DNA of 64,000 nt from Lama glama (GCA_028534125.1 CM052817.1:80664001-80728000), one strand, 5' to 3'; counted from the first letter of the stretch, positions 14,266-28,574 are shown. Numbers and translations are program-made. The notes: generated from the sequence alone by a model not told the origin.

Positions 14266-14359
14266 GTTTTTAGTCTAAGCCAAAATCAATCTGGATTGTT
14301 TTCTCTACTTCCCCCATGTACCTTTGTGTGGGGAGCAGAAATGTTGCCATAAATTTTTC

Positions 14360-16110
14360 CAGGTATCTGTTGGGTGAATCCATTTGAATGATCCATGGGT
14401 ACCTCATAGTTAACAAGCTTCAGTCAACTTATTTTCTTCCTCCTCCAACAGTTCCACCTCTGTTATGCTCAGTGTATACCTTACTAGCAATTCTGCACTG
14501 CCTTCTCTCCAAGTCAGAAACCAGTAGGCCCTCGTGGATTTTTCTTAGTCTTTCAGCCTCACACGTGCAATTGGCAATCAAGATTTCTCAATTAAACATT
14601 TGAAGCATTTCTCCATCCCTTTCTCTCAATTCCAATTTTCACTCATTTCAAATCTCCCTCATCTCTTACTTGAACTACTGGAATTGTCTCCTCAGCCATC
14701 TTCCTGCTTTTAGCTTTATTTCTCCCATTCATCTTGCACTGATTTGTGAGAGTAATTGCATATATATGTAATTAATACATTAATTAGAACATTAAATTAT
14801 ATGTTTGTGGTATTAAATATAGAGAACATAAATATCCATTCACTTTATATGTGTGTACATATAAATATAGTATACATACGTATATACATTCATTTTGTTT
14901 AAACTTCTTCAGTAGCTTAAATTTCTTCCTCATGCCTGGAGGATAAAGTATAAATCCCTTTACAGAGCATATTTAACCCTTCTAACTGGACTCTGTAAAC
15001 TCTGGCTCTTGCCTTTATTCCAAGAAATTTAGTAATGTTCTGTAGGAAAATGGCAAGCAGACTTCTAGATGCTCTTCAGAGTCACCTTCCTGTGAGGTCT
15101 CCCTGGAATATTTCTCTCTCCCCCTCCTCCATTTATCATCTTATTTATTTATTTTTTATTGAAGTATAGTCAGTTTACAATATGTTCATCTCTGGTGTAC
15201 AGCATAGTGTTTCAGTCATACATATATATACATATATTCCTTTTCATATTCTTTTTCATTATAGGTTACTACAAGATACTGAATATAGTTCCCTGTGCTA
15301 TATAGTAGGACCTTGTTGTTTATCTAGCTTATATATAGTAGGTAGTATCTGCAAAATTCGAACTCCCAATTTATCCCTTCACACCCTCTTCCCCCTAGTA
15401 GCTGTAAGTTTGCTTTCTATATCTGTGAATCTGTTTCTGTTTTGTTTACTGACATCATTTTTTAAGATTCCATATATAAGTGAAATCATATGATATATGT
15501 CTTTCTCTGTCTGACTTACGTCACTTAATATGATAATCTCTAGGTTGATCCACGTGGCTGCAAATGGCATTATTTCATTCTTTTTTGTGGCTGAGTAGTA
15601 TTCCATAGTGTATATATACCACATCTTCTTTATCCAGTCATCTGTCAATGGACATTTAGGTTACTTCCATGTCTTGATTGTTGCATTATTATATAGTAAT
15701 GCTATGAACAATGAGGCGCATGTATCTTTTCGAATTAGAATTTTCTCTGGATATATGTCCAGGAGTGGGATTGCTGGATCATATGGTCAGTCTATTTTTA
15801 GTTTTTTAAGGAACTCCATGCTGTTTTCCATAATGGCTGCATCAAGCTACATTCCCAACAACAGTGTAGGAGGGTTCCATTCCCTCCTTCCCTCCTCCAT
15901 TTAAATGCCTCCTCCTTTGTTTGTCTGCAGTTCCTTTCCCTACATCTTCAATACCTCTCTCATTCTGTTTCACTAGTTATGGGTGGGACTCTCCCCTGTG
16001 AGCTCCTTAAAAGTAAGGATGGTATTTTGCTTCTGTTTGTATCTCTTAGCCCAGAGCCTTGCCGGTAGTGGGTATTTAGCAAATGTTTGTTGAGGGAAGG
16101 TTGAATGCGG
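14360..16110 (+). mobile_element. L2 element, interrupted by an L1 at 15136-15889
   Basis: L2-like pyrimidine-rich body and 3' tail 'gtgggtatttagcaaatgtttgttgaggga'. Confidence 0.7.
15136..15889 (-). mobile_element. 5'-truncated lineage L1 (ORF2 C-terminus + 3' UTR) with 14-bp TSD
   Basis: ORF 15379-15648(-) '[31 protein letters not shown]'; T-rich tail at left; direct repeat ccctcctccattta at 15122-15135 and 15890-15903. Confidence 0.95.
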
Positions 16111-16549
16111 TGAAGCTCTTTAAAAATAGGGTGAAGGTCTTATCATGGGCTCATTAAACCTGAGCCAAAGGAGCTTTGTCTGAAGGGAGAGTGGCACCAA
16201 TTTATAAGAGTAGCTTGTTACAATTAGAGTGGAAGTAAGCTAGAGAGGAGATCCAGGCTCATCCAGGTCCCTGGGGACACATAGTTTATGCCTTTCAGTG
16301 ACCATTATTTAAAACCTGATTTCTATAAATCTTTATTATATTTCTCAGGAATTTCCCCCAGAGCTAGAAACACTTAGGTATTGTTAGACCAATCTTTATT
16401 CCAAAGAAGAATGCCAGTTTGTATTCTGGTTGTTTGGAATTGTGGTCCCTCTTTACTTCATTCAGTGTTTTTGTGCTTTTTGATCTTTCAGTTAGCCGAA
16501 TCTCAAAATATCAATGAAACCTTTCCTTGGCAATGTCAGCTCTGTTCCT

Positions 16550-16760
16550 GACCCTCCCATCACCTCTGCCTTTCATCTTCGCCCTGGTCGGTACTTTCGT
16601 AGCATTTCCTGGTATAAGGTATATGTAGGCCTGTCTCCACTTCCTCTAGACTGAGTTCCCAGAGGACAGTCACATTGTCATTTCATAAGTTTTCTCCTGC
16701 AAGGCCTAGTAAAGTGACCAGCATAATATAGATGCTCAGTAAGTACTGGGTAAATATAAA
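16550..16760 (+). mobile_element. L2 3' fragment
   Basis: 'ctagactgagttcccagaggacag...cctagtaaagtgaccagcataatatagatgctcagtaagta'. Confidence 0.7.
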
Positions 16761-18619
16761 ATTTAATAATGACAGTGGCCTAACAAAGTCTTTCTAGATG
16801 GACACATGGTGACTTCAGAAGCAATTCAGAGATATTCTTGTTTGAAAAGATTGGAGTGGGTGATTTTGTGGTAGACATTATATCATCTAAAGACTTAACT
16901 TCCTATGGCAACTAATGCGGGGTTAAGAGGACACTCTGTGTAGCTCAGCAATTTGAGGGAAGCCACAGCTGGAAAGGGGAAAGGAACCAGTGTTGGAGGG
17001 GGCAGTGGAACAAAACAGGAAATCCTCAAAGGTGGCTGTCCACTTGTACTCCGAGGAAGAGTGGGCGATGGTGGGGACGGGGAGAAAGGCTACTGTGGCA
17101 AAGAACTCAATTCCTTAGCGCTCACAGAGCAGGTATGGCGTCTGCGTCTGTGTGGGAAGGGTAATTCCTGTTAAAAATAGAGGAGAACTTTTTTTTTTTT
17201 TAAGTTCAAGCACTTTAAAAACATCTGTGGGAAGTTTTAATCATAGGGTGGTTCTTTCTTTTCTGGAAGAAGAAAAAGACATTTCAATTTTAAACTCAGA
17301 GGTTTGAAATGATTGTGTCATTTCAGCTGGAGTAGAGTGTCAACAAGTGGATGTGTTTTCACTGGGGAAAGTATGACTTTAAGATGTAACATTTTAAATT
17401 AAAAAAAGCAAATAATTTCTGTTGTGGGTTTTCTTCCTCCACAGGAATACTTAGAACTTAGCTGCATTTAGAAATAAAAAGTAAAAATGTCAAGCATCAT
17501 ATTTACCACCGTTTTAGAAATAGAAATCTTAATATGTGGGCTGAGTTTCTTAATATGGTTAAGATATACTGAAAAGAGAACAAAGGTGTCCCATAGGAGA
17601 TAAACCTTGCTTAGAGGTATTGTGAAAGATCAGCCTACAAGTTTTTAAAACTATTTGTGCTTTGATTATGAGAGTTATTAGATAAAAAGATGCCCTGACA
17701 ACATCATAAGGTCATTGATTTCCAGTTCAGTGCCTTATTTATCACGAAAACATCCTCTATTGTACTTCAGCCATTTGACAAAGACTACTGAATGAATTTT
17801 AAGATTTTTTATCTCATCAGCCACCAACAAGAATTAATAATTATAATAAAGGTATTATTCATTAAAAGGATTAATGTAGACATTAGAAGTGTAAAAATAA
17901 TGATTTAGAGACTTTTCTTCTTACAGTCAATATTATTCCATGTTTGAGTTAAACCATAGTTTGTATAATATAACAATATTCAGGGCAGTGTCTTTTCATA
18001 GAGAAGTCAGACCAATAGCCACATTAACTCTGCCCAGATGTAATTACCATTCAACACAATGAAGCTGTAGTGGTTATTAACTTTGAATAAAAAGCATTGA
18101 CTAATTAACTCCTGGTCAAAGTAATTGGCTACTCTCTTTCTTTAGCTAATTGAAAAATAGAGCTAATTAGAAATTTAAGACCTTCTCCAAAGTGATTTTT
18201 CCACTTGCTCTGCTGTGACTTTAGGCAAATTCCTTTCTTTTGTAGCCAGACCTCACGTGCATGTCATTATGTTTTTTTTAGATGGAAGGATATGTTTATG
18301 CACATAAAGTAGGGCATATTGTTTACAGCTTCTTTCTAAATGTGCAAAATTGTTTTCTCCCTGCAGAATTTGGTTTTTTATTGGTAACAGGTTATTTATG
18401 CTTCGTAACCGATGGTAGTAGGCTTGGAGCATGGTGGAAGACAGCACCAATGTCAGTGTAGTTTTAATATAGATATTCTGAGGAGAATTAAAGCTAGCTT
18501 TTTTTTCTTTTTTCATGACATATTTGTCCAGGGAAGCCTTTGGGGTTATTACTTTGGGTTGCATTGCTTCAATAAATGCCTGGAGTTTGTCTCTTTGGTA
18601 GAGCAGCCCCTTTCTGAAA

Positions 18620-18860
18620 CTCAGCGGGCCTGGATTCTGACCCTTGGGTTCCAGTTCGGGTCCTGCCATTTATTACCTGCATGGCTTTTGTGCAGCAATT
18701 CTGCTACTCAGCCTTTCCAAGCCTTAGTTTCCTCATTTGTAAAATGGGGGAATTAGTAGTAGGGCTGTTCGCGGACTTAATGAGATACAGTTAAGGCCCT
18801 TAGCAGGGTCCCCAGAGTAGCGCATTGTAACACTCACTAAAGATCCTGCAGTATTATAGC
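18620..18860 (+). mobile_element. MIR SINE
   Basis: MIR core 'gccttagtttcctcatttgtaaaatgggg...ttaaatgagata'. Confidence 0.85.
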
Positions 18861-19693
18861 TGGAGTTTGTATTTCTTCTTCTTTTAGTTTTCTCAGATCA
18901 ACACTGTCACTCACCTTTTCCAAATATATTGTTTTTTCTCTTCTGGTTAATTTATTTTTTAATGTGTGGATATAGAGCATAGCCTATGAAATAGAGGGAC
19001 TGATTTCCATGTGAGGATTTCGGAATTAGTCTCATGATAATTACACCTCCTACAATATGTATAGCAGTCACTTCTTTAAGCATCAGAACACTATTTGACG
19101 TGTGCAACAAACCTAGGAATGCTCTCTTACCATGACCTGTATGTTCACCCACGTGTTTCTGGATCTTCATCCTCTCATACTTGCAGATCTGACACGTTCC
19201 TCTGCGTGCGCCTGCTCCTTTATTCCTGCTATGTTTCCTTTTTCTGCTTCCTAGCTATTGATACATCCCCCCACCTTGCCTTGTAGTAGAATTGACATTT
19301 CTTCCAATATTGCTTCTCTGTGATGCTCATTAACTTTTCTTCTGTGTCCTAAATACCCTGTGTTCAATCCAATGAGCTGAAAGGGAGCAGAGTCAATATT
19401 AATTCAGGTATGGCAGCAGGGAGAGAAGGAACAGGCGGGTCTCTCTCCACCCCCTTACCCCCCACCACTTTCTGAGGTGGTGGGTTCACAACTGTCTCGT
19501 GTGCTGGCAACAAGGGAGGGACAGTGAAGGGACTGGAGTTTTGTTTTCCAGGTGCTTCCCAGCACCCATTGGATGACACCCAAGCTCCTCAGTGTGACTC
19601 ATGTTCTCTGAGGCCCGGGCCCTTGTAGCCTCTTTAGCATTAAATTAAAAAATTTGTATCCTGGCTTTTGTTTCTTTTTTTTGCACGGATGTA

Positions 19694-20485
19694 TTCTTTA
19701 TTTGTTTTTTATTAAAGTATAGTTGATTTGCAATGTTGTGTTAGTTTCTGGTATATAGCATAGTGATTCAGTTATACACATATATAGATATTCTTTTTCA
19801 GATTCTTTTCCATTATAGGTTAAGGCAAGATATTAAATGTAGTTCCCTGTGTTATACATTAGGACCTTGTTGTATATAGTAGTTTGTATTTGCTAATCCC
19901 AAACTCCTAATTTATCCCTCTCCCCTCCTCCCTTTTGGTAACTATAAGTTTCCTTTCTATGTCTGTGAGTCTGTTTCTGTTTTGTAAATAAGTTCATTTG
20001 TATCATTTTTTTTAGATTCCACATATAAGTGATATTGTATGGTATTTGTCTTTCTCTGTCTGATTTACTTCACTTAAGATGATAATCTCTAGTTCCATCC
20101 ATATTGCAGCAAATGGCATTATTTTATTCTTCTTTATGGATGAGCAGTATTCCATTGGATAAATACACCACATCTTCTTTACTCAGTCACCTGTCAATGG
20201 ACATTTAGGTTGTTTCCATGTCTTGGCTATTGTAAATAGTGCTGCTGTGAACATTGCGGTGCATGCATCTTTTCAAATTAGAGTTTTCTCCAGATACACA
20301 CCCGGGGGTAGGATTGCTGGATCATATGGTAAATCTATTTTTTAGTTTCTTAAGGAACGTCCATCCTGTTCTCCATAGTGGCTGCACCAGTTTACATTCC
20401 CACCAACAGCATAGGAGGGTTCCCTTTTCTCCACATTCTCTTCAGTAGTTATTATTTGTAGACTTTTTAATAATGGCCATTCTGA
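19694..20485 (-). mobile_element. 5'-truncated L1 (ORF2 C-terminus + 3' UTR)
   Basis: Closely similar to the 15.1 kb and 31.2 kb L1 copies; antisense 'IRMAIIKKSTNN' at its right end. Confidence 0.93.
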
Positions 20486-20579
20486 TACTCTGGTATATTT
20501 TTAAATTAATAGCCTGGCTACTAAATGATACTAAATGGCTTGCAGTTGCCTGAACATCCCACCCTACTTTGGAATTTAT

Positions 20580-20945
20580 GTGTCTTTGCTCACAGTCTTT
20601 GGTAACTTGGAACGTTCCTCTGCTCATCTTCACTTTGCCATGGCACGTTTTCATCCTATCCTTCAAAACTCAGCCCAGGGATTGTCTCCTCCAGGGAGCC
20701 TTCTGGGAGAGAACTTCCCTTTTCCATACTGGACAAAGTGCCGCCTTTGCTTGGATGCCACTGCACACTGAAGTAGCTCTGTCATTATGCTCTCCCTTAC
20801 TTTGGAATGATCTGTCCACAGGTCTGTTTTCTTTGCTGGACTTAAGTTCCATGACAGGAGGGACGAGACAGTGAATACTGCCACCCCGTAGTATCGCACA
20901 GGGCATGGTGCAGGGTGTGTGAGCCAGAGCTATTTGTAGAACTCT
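20580..20945 (+). mobile_element. L2 fragment
   Basis: 'atccttcaaaactcagcccaggg...tcctccagggagccttc...ggacttaagttccatgacaggagggac'. Confidence 0.7.
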
Positions 20946-23099
20946 TAACTGACCTCACTGGGATCGTGGGGATGGAGGCAGCGATGAGGTATCCCACCCT
21001 TCCGCGGAGCTTGCCTAACTGTGGCCTCAGCACTGGAATTCCTCCCAGACAACTTAACTGGCCCGATAACCTAACCCTTCTCCGATCTGTGGTATTGATC
21101 CAGATGTTACTATATTTTTCTAACTTGGAATTCACATTTTTACATTACTTGTAGACTTTTTTCTTATGTAGTAATATAGCTTGTTTGCCAACAGCTTGTA
21201 TTTCCCATTTAGTCATTTCTTCTACAGGACACTTACTAAGATGATGGACTTTCTAAACACAGGAGACAAATGCTTATGAAGTGCCTGAAACAAAAAGAGC
21301 CAGGCAGCAGATTTTCTCATAGAAGAAACCCGTAGGCACATAATAGAATGCCTCCCACTACAAACACAAACAAGCAATTACCTGAGCTGCTTCCTGTGGG
21401 AAACTCAGCATCCTACCACCCATGGTGATGACTCCTGTGGTTTTTTTTTTTTTTTCTTTTTCTTTTTGGAGGGTTGCATCATTCTAAGGAAATTCATTCA
21501 TCTGTTTCTCAACCAATGTACATTTTATTCTCATCTAGACAAACTATACATCTTTGTTTAAGTTTATTTGTCTTTCTACTTTACTTCTTTTGTTTTTTAA
21601 AAATAAATATTAAATATGCAATTTTGAAAGGCAGTACAAAAGACTAAATGGTGGTTGTCACAGGCTTGGTAAGTGGGGAGAGAACTGTGGGTTCAAGAAA
21701 CATCGGGGATGTTTGTGATGTGGTAGTTGCCAGCATTGTCTTCTGGGTTTCAACATTAATCAGTGACTTCTAGAATTTGAGTCAGGATATATTGAAATTG
21801 CAGATGTTTATTGTTATTAGTCTGGTTCAAATCATATTTAATGAATATGCTCTTGTTTTTTCTCTTTGTATTAACAATAGCTCTTCCTTTTTTATGTTAA
21901 CCTAACATTTTCAAGAGTACTGTAGGAATGGACCTTGGAATAAGTCATTATTTGGAAGCATCAGCAAGAACAGGGCTGGCAAATTCATCAAGTCAAATAA
22001 TGGTATATCTAGTCCGAGCAGATAAAAACCTGCTGTGTGAACTGAGAATTCATTATGGTTTTTAGAGTAGTAAGAGTCCTGATTTTGTATTTTTCCACTT
22101 TATATTAGTGAAACTACGAGTCATTCTTCTGCACTTTGTATCCCCTGGAAGGTCAGATTGAGACTTTGGTGTTAGTTTCTTCATGTAAGAGAATTATTCA
22201 CTCATTTTGAGCCTTTTGTAGAAAATTATTTATTTGAATTAAAAATCCTCAAGTTTTACTTTTCCCTGAAAACTGACGTATTTGTTATTTTGGTCATGGC
22301 CGTTTAACCTGAATAGTTTCATGAAGCTTGAAGTTTAAGAAGGAATTGCTAAGTTCAAAAAGTAGATACATATACAATTTTGGATACATGGATTAGAGAT
22401 AAATTGTGAAATAGTGTTCATTGTTCATCCTGAAATAACTAAGATTTTGATTTAAAACCTTTAAAGTTTCATTTCATAAATAATATTTTTTCAAATAGCT
22501 ACAGAAAACGAATTGACTAATGCTGAGACGAAACTTTAAGGGGTCTGTGATTATTGTTATTCTCTACTATGTGGTTTGCTTCTCATCCCTTGATGTTCAG
22601 CGGTAGAAACAAAATGAGATTCTTTAAACTGACAAAGACTCGTTTTCTGCCCACTGCTTATAGAGACTGAGACAAAATTTTACTTAGAGTTGTGGTCCGA
22701 TGGAGATGGGGTGGCCAGAAATGGCAGCTTTGAATTTAAAGCTGGAGATTGGTGGGTTGGTATTTCTGTCCACTTTGGTTGAGTATCTGAATGCAGTTCC
22801 ACATTTCTTCATCAGGAAGTCAGGCTGACTTGTGATGAAAGATGATGAAGACAAATCCTAAACGGGGCTTCCTGTTTGTTTAAACCTCCAACCCAAGAGA
22901 AAATCGCTTCCAGTTTCCCTGTACAATCATGGTAATATATTTTCTTTTCAGATTGTTAGCAGACTGTTCAGCTTGTACTTGGCATTTCAGTCATAGTGAA
23001 AAAAGGTGAAACCCAAAGACTCAGTGTATTCTCATTAGGAATCCAAAACTGAATGACCTTTGCAATTAACCTCTGCTTCTTGTCCTTTTCTCTTTCCTA

Positions 23100-23215
23100 G
23101 CGTATTATTCATTAATTCATATGTATTGACTATCTGCTTTATGGACAGGTTTGAGATGGTTACTATTGTGGATATAAAAGAAGAATATATAGCTTCTGTC
23201 CTCAGAGAGCACTCT
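23100..23215 (-). mobile_element. L2 3' fragment
   Basis: 'attcattaattcatatgtattgactatctgct...tgtcctcagagagc'. Confidence 0.55.
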
Positions 23216-23789
23216 TTCTAAACAAAATCAGGTTAGAATATAGGTATAAATTTCGATTTAAAAATGGTAGCTCCTCTGAACGAATGATTAGATTGTTCTC
23301 CAAGATGAGTACTTGTGCAAAATGAGATTTTTAATTTTGTGAATGATCTTTAGAAACTAAAAGTTGCAGTAGGAAAGAAAAGAAGAGGCAGCAGGGAAGA
23401 GTACAAGAGTCTCTGGAGAGTTAGATGTTTTTCTTAGAATCCTGGGACATCCAAATCATTTTGAGCAGGGGAAAACAGGAGATTGATCTCAGCTTTATTG
23501 ATACAGGAAAAGTTTGATTTAAAGAGTTAGCTAAAGATCACCATCATAGCTTATGAACTGATTTGACTGTTATTAAATTGTTTTTCTAATATCCTTTATA
23601 TTATAAACTTCATGATCAGTATTAAAATTTTTAAGAAAAGGAAGAACAGCAAGATTTGACACCTAGAATAATTGCGTTTTAGAAATGAAACATAAAATTA
23701 TGTTAAAAATTGTTAAAATTATGTAATATAAATTCTGTAAATAATACAAATAATCATAATATCCTTAATGTTAATTACTCTAACTTATG

Positions 23790-23930
23790 CCAATAGCTAA
23801 CATGTATTGAACATCTACTTCACTTTATTTTGCTAAATGCTATATCTGCATTCTCTTATTTCCTCCTGGGAGTAACTCTATAGTGTAAGTGGGATGCATT
23901 TTACAGAAGAAACTGGGACAAAGATGAAGG
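23790..23930 (-). mobile_element. MIR SINE
   Basis: 'aatagctaacatgtattgaacatctact...cattttacagaagaaactgggaca'. Confidence 0.75.
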
Positions 23931-25489
23931 AATTTTTCCATAATCAACCTCAGTGTCCATGCTTTAAACTTCTGCTCAAGCCTTTATTTCCAAGGAACAT
24001 TTTCATTTCCTCCTTGCTTTCCAAATTTTCATCTGCTTCCTTTTCTTTTTCCTTTTCTAATTTCTATCATCTAGTTTTCTCCCTTGATTTCTTAATTCCT
24101 CTTTCACTGTCTCATAACACATCCCTGGTCTGTCATGGACTTCCTTGTTTGACGGAAGGTTCACTGAATACTTCTGCTGATGCTCTACTCAAAATCAAAT
24201 GCATGGGTGATAGCATTTTCCACTTTTACAGTCTAACACCGATATGAATATGCTGAATACATGTACTTTGTTTGATTAGAAACTGAAGTAAATATCAACT
24301 GAAGTCTGACAAAATTCTTTTCCATAAAAGGCACAGAAAGGACATGAAGAAATAAGACATTTATTGCATAAAGCCTTTGTATACACATACACACACACTA
24401 CTGTTTTTCCTGAGAAACAGATGATAGAGGTTCTGGCCAAAAAATGTGGGCAGTATGTTTGGTCATATTAAAAAGAAGCCCAAGTCACCTGCCCCAAGTT
24501 AACTGTCTATTAAAACACGAGGGATCCATGCTCTTTTCCATCAAATTGTGACAATCTCGGACATCTATTGTGGCAGAAATCATCTGAATTCTTGGCCTAC
24601 TGAGATGTGCAGATATTCCAACAGAAAAATCTCTTTAGAACGTGACACCATCTTTACAATCTGGGTACTGTGTGACTTGGTCATTGTTGGTTAGACCTTT
24701 AGACTAAGATGCTCCGTGGGAAACCCACTGACCTTTATGATGTTCATTATTTTCAAATGGGACCATGGTCAGGATGAAGGCCAGGATGCCCCAGAGAAAA
24801 TGTGCTGACTTACTATTTCATTGGGAAATTATGCTCTGCATGGTGGTACAGGGTAATTCAAAAGATGAGTTGCCCTGATCAGACAAAAGAAAATCTCAAA
24901 AAAAAAAAAAATCTCAAAAAATTGCTCACTTTATCTCCTAGGGCTTCCAAAGCCTTGTTATTTTAATGATTGCATAACAATTTGGCATACATGAATTCTC
25001 TGACGAGGTCCAAAATCTCAAATTGTAAAAATACTTTAGCTCAGAATCCGGCATAAAACAGATTGGCAGAACAAATGTTTTCACATCGTGACTGACCCTG
25101 GCCAGTTAGTCATTAATGATTTTACTCAATATGGATTTCTGAGCCTAATGATTTCCCTTCTGGCCATCTGAATAATTTACCTAAAGAGGTTAAAAAAATG
25201 TACAAGAAGGTTTTCAATTGAACAGTAAGCAGTATGTAATGCCGTATGTGCATTACAAGTGATGCAGCAGCAGTTTGTTTTTTTTTTTAACCTATGTTCT
25301 GTTGGCTTTCCTGGGCAATTTATGAGTCAAGGATGGAGTGAGACCACATGGGTGAGATTATAGGCCACTGGTGTCATGTTGTTAGAATATGGCTAAGCTT
25401 TTATCTATTTTTTTTTTTTGTATTCTGGGGTCCACATGCAATTTTGTTGAAAAAATACTCCTACTGCCAAAATTATTTTAAAAATCACT

Positions 25490-26350
25490 ATAGTAAATGA
25501 ATATTTGATACCATGGAAAATGTCAACTTTATATAACCTGAAAAAAAAAAGCTGATTATAAAACTAGAAGTTAAAGTCACATTTGTAAAAAAGAAAAAAA
25601 AAAAAAGGAAAGCAAAACAAAGAAAAACCAGAAAAAAATGGAAAGGCTGACAATATTTACAAGATTTTTTGTGCGTGTGTTAGCTAAAAACTGAAAAAAG
25701 AGACACAAAAAATGTGAGTAATATGTTTGTACTGCTCAACTTGGCAAGTTCTTAAAGGTTACAGGAAGAGAGTGTATTATTGCTTAAGATGATGAGAATC
25801 TATATTAAAAAATAAATACAGTACGTGAGCAGGAAGGGGAAATTGCCTCATTAATTACCTGGTTATCTTATCGGGCTCTCACTTTTTGGTTTTCTGGAAT
25901 GCAGGGCAGGCCGCGCGGGCGGCGCTCGGAGTTGCTGGGGCGGCAGCTCTCCAGGCTGAGTGCACTCTGTTCACTCTGCGCGTATGCTCCACGCCCTAAG
26001 CGTCTGCCTGGGGGAGTTTGGTGCCGCTCAGTGTGACAGACCACTTCTTTCAGCAGAGGCCCATCCAAGAAGGGACCAAGCGTCCTTGTCACAGGGGGCA
26101 CCGCTTCCATGCTCAGGGGCTAGGGTGGTGCCTGACTCCGTCCCTACTCCGTCAGGCAGATCTCCAACGAATCCAGAGTAACCGGAAACCATTTTCCTCC
26201 AAGAGCGTTCTGAGTGATGTCAGCTCTAAGTGTTCAGGGGCCCTTCCTTCCACCCACAGAGTTACACAGTGGTTACCTCTCAGGGGGTAGATTTTATTCT
26301 CTTTATTTAGCTTCTGTAGAAATAAACATGCAGAAATTTTGTAATTCTAG
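25490..26350 (+). mobile_element. Old L1 (L1ME-like) 3' end, apparently split by an insert at ~25725-26265
   Basis: 'aaaaactgaaaaaagagacacaaaaaatgtgag' (~25685-25720) and 'cagtggttacctctcaggggg...ttttattctcttt' (26267 onward) are adjacent in the recalled L1ME 3'-end consensus. Confidence 0.5.
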
Positions 26351-27189
26351 TAAAGGGCCCACAGGCCCTATGTTTAAAAAGAGAAGCAAATAATGCTAAA
26401 ATGCAATGTAGTGTAAGTAATTTAAAATATTTATATTCTTCTGAACTAGAAGGAAATAAATTATTGTGTGGAGAATATTTTTTCCCCCAAATTTATCTGC
26501 AGGTTTGAATTTTAATCCCATCTCTTTTTCCCCTGAAATCTCTATGTTCAAAGTTAATTTCTGTTTCTTGACCTTTCAAATCTACATTTACGGATACGAT
26601 TTGTAGCACTTCTGAATGAGGCAACTGGTATCCCAAATTAATTATGACAATTATTTTAATGTTTCATATATCTTCCCTTGGTCTTAAAGGATGAGGATCA
26701 TTTAGCTTACTAGCCAGAAAGGTAAATAATCTGCAAATAACAATAAAAATGATAAGCCTGGTAATAAAAATAGTATCAATACCATAATAATGGTAATAAC
26801 AATAATAATCGTACTAAAATACTCCAAATTTTGTGTTCTTTGAAAATGACATATAGGGGAGGATTGCTCTGATTCTATCTCTATCCTCTCATGTTAGTTT
26901 CAAAAATGTATATATATATGTGCATTACAAATGTGATGCTGATGTAGCCTACGTGTGCCAGTTATTTCAACACAAAATGAGTGTTGTAATCAGATATCAC
27001 CCGCAGGCATTATATAGGATCACCTGCATTTTTAAACTTGTTTACGCTTTAGAACACAAACATAAAATTGATATAGGACCATCCTGGTAATAAGATTTGT
27101 GGTCCATTTAACAAAATCTCCTCTGGATGAAGTGTTTTCACTGGCCGGCTCCTTGATGTTGCTGGTCAATAAAGTAGGAGGATAAAGAT

Positions 27190-27395
27190 TTTATATAACA
27201 TATTTAAAGATTTCACATATATTACCCGATTTCAATCACACATAAACCCTATGAGATAAATGGAGCCAAAATTACACATGTTTACACAGATGAGTAAAAT
27301 GAGACCTCAGCAAGTTAGGCAATTTGACTAAAATCAACATTCTGAGAGTAAGGTAGAGCTGGGATTAGGACCCGGTTATCAGACTTCCCTCCAGG
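27190..27395 (-). mobile_element. MIR SINE
   Basis: 'aaccctatgagata...acagatgagtaaaatgagacctcag...gtagagctgggattaggaccc'. Confidence 0.8.
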
Positions 27396-27852
27396 CATGA
27401 CCGTGCCTAGCTTCCTTGCCCGGAGCTGCGGGGACTCCTCTGGCTCCCCGTCCTTGCTCTCAGTAACTGCTGTCACCTGCTGCCCTTGGCCAGCGCTGCA
27501 GTCTTGCCCCCCTCTCCAGTAGTCTCAGATTTGATGGGCGTGTTATACACTGTGAACAAGAAGTTCAGAATCTGTTCTTTTCTGGGCCCCTTCTTCTTCA
27601 ACAAGGAAGCTGAGATCCAGGTGCAAAAGCAGGGCTGGGCTGCAGGCCAAGTACTCTTTCTGCTCCACCACATCAGTTGACATCAGTGTGACAAAGAGAA
27701 AAAAAATGTTACCTAAAAACACCGCTGATTACAGCGCCGTCTGCCCCAAAGGAGAGAAGCACTTACTAACTGGAGGTGATGGCTTTTTGTTTAGAAAATT
27801 TCCTTGTTGTGTCCTTTGAATGAGAATGGCCAGTCCTATGTTTCCCCTTCCC

Positions 27853-27872
27853 TGGTGGTGGTGGTGGTGGTG
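27853..27872. repeat. (TGG)n microsatellite
   Basis: Direct reading. Confidence 0.85.
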
Positions 27873-28574
27873 CTGGATGGTTTGAGCAGCATGGCATCTG
27901 GAAAGGGGTAGCCGAGATCTGCCAGCCCCTGAGAATGCAGTGTGGGCTGGGGTGGCAGGGTACTTGTAAGAAGAGGCTGTGTCATAAAGTGCTGCGAGGC
28001 CACCTGCTTTGTTGAACTTAAGCCTCGTTAAAATCTGCCAGAGACATACTCCCAGTGCTTTCAGTGAGTAGTGTCTGGGGGAGGGAGGGAGGGGAATTGG
28101 AGAGGGGTTGGTGACTTACATGTGAGTCTTCATTGGAAAAATGGAAATAATTGCTGCTAGAGGTTAGAGTGAAGCCTCGATTTCAGTGGGAACAAAAACA
28201 TTGACATAGACCGTAACACACAAGCCACACAGATCTGCAGAGGTTTTGAGAAAGGCAGCAGCCTTCCTATACGATGGGAATTTGCCAATTGGTGGAAATC
28301 TCCAAAGTTATGGTGACTTCAGTTGACTTCTTGCTTATAGAAAGCAGAGGTAGAAAGGCATTATTGACTATTCTCAGGAAACCAGAGCGGAAGCCATGCC
28401 AGTCAGGTGTCCTGAGAAGGCTCTTGGATTTCTGGAACTGTGGAAACTAAGAGACTGCACACATCAACTGGTTCAGCCCTCCTTGACTTTCTTCTCCTTC
28501 TCACCCTTTTTGCAACACAGCAATCCAAACCTAGATGCGTTATCCAAGGTACCCCAGGCCAGATGGCCTGTGAG

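Noticed and set aside
26085..26103. CTCF-like CACAGGGGGCAC
   Set aside because: Lacks the conserved CC at the 5' part of the core.
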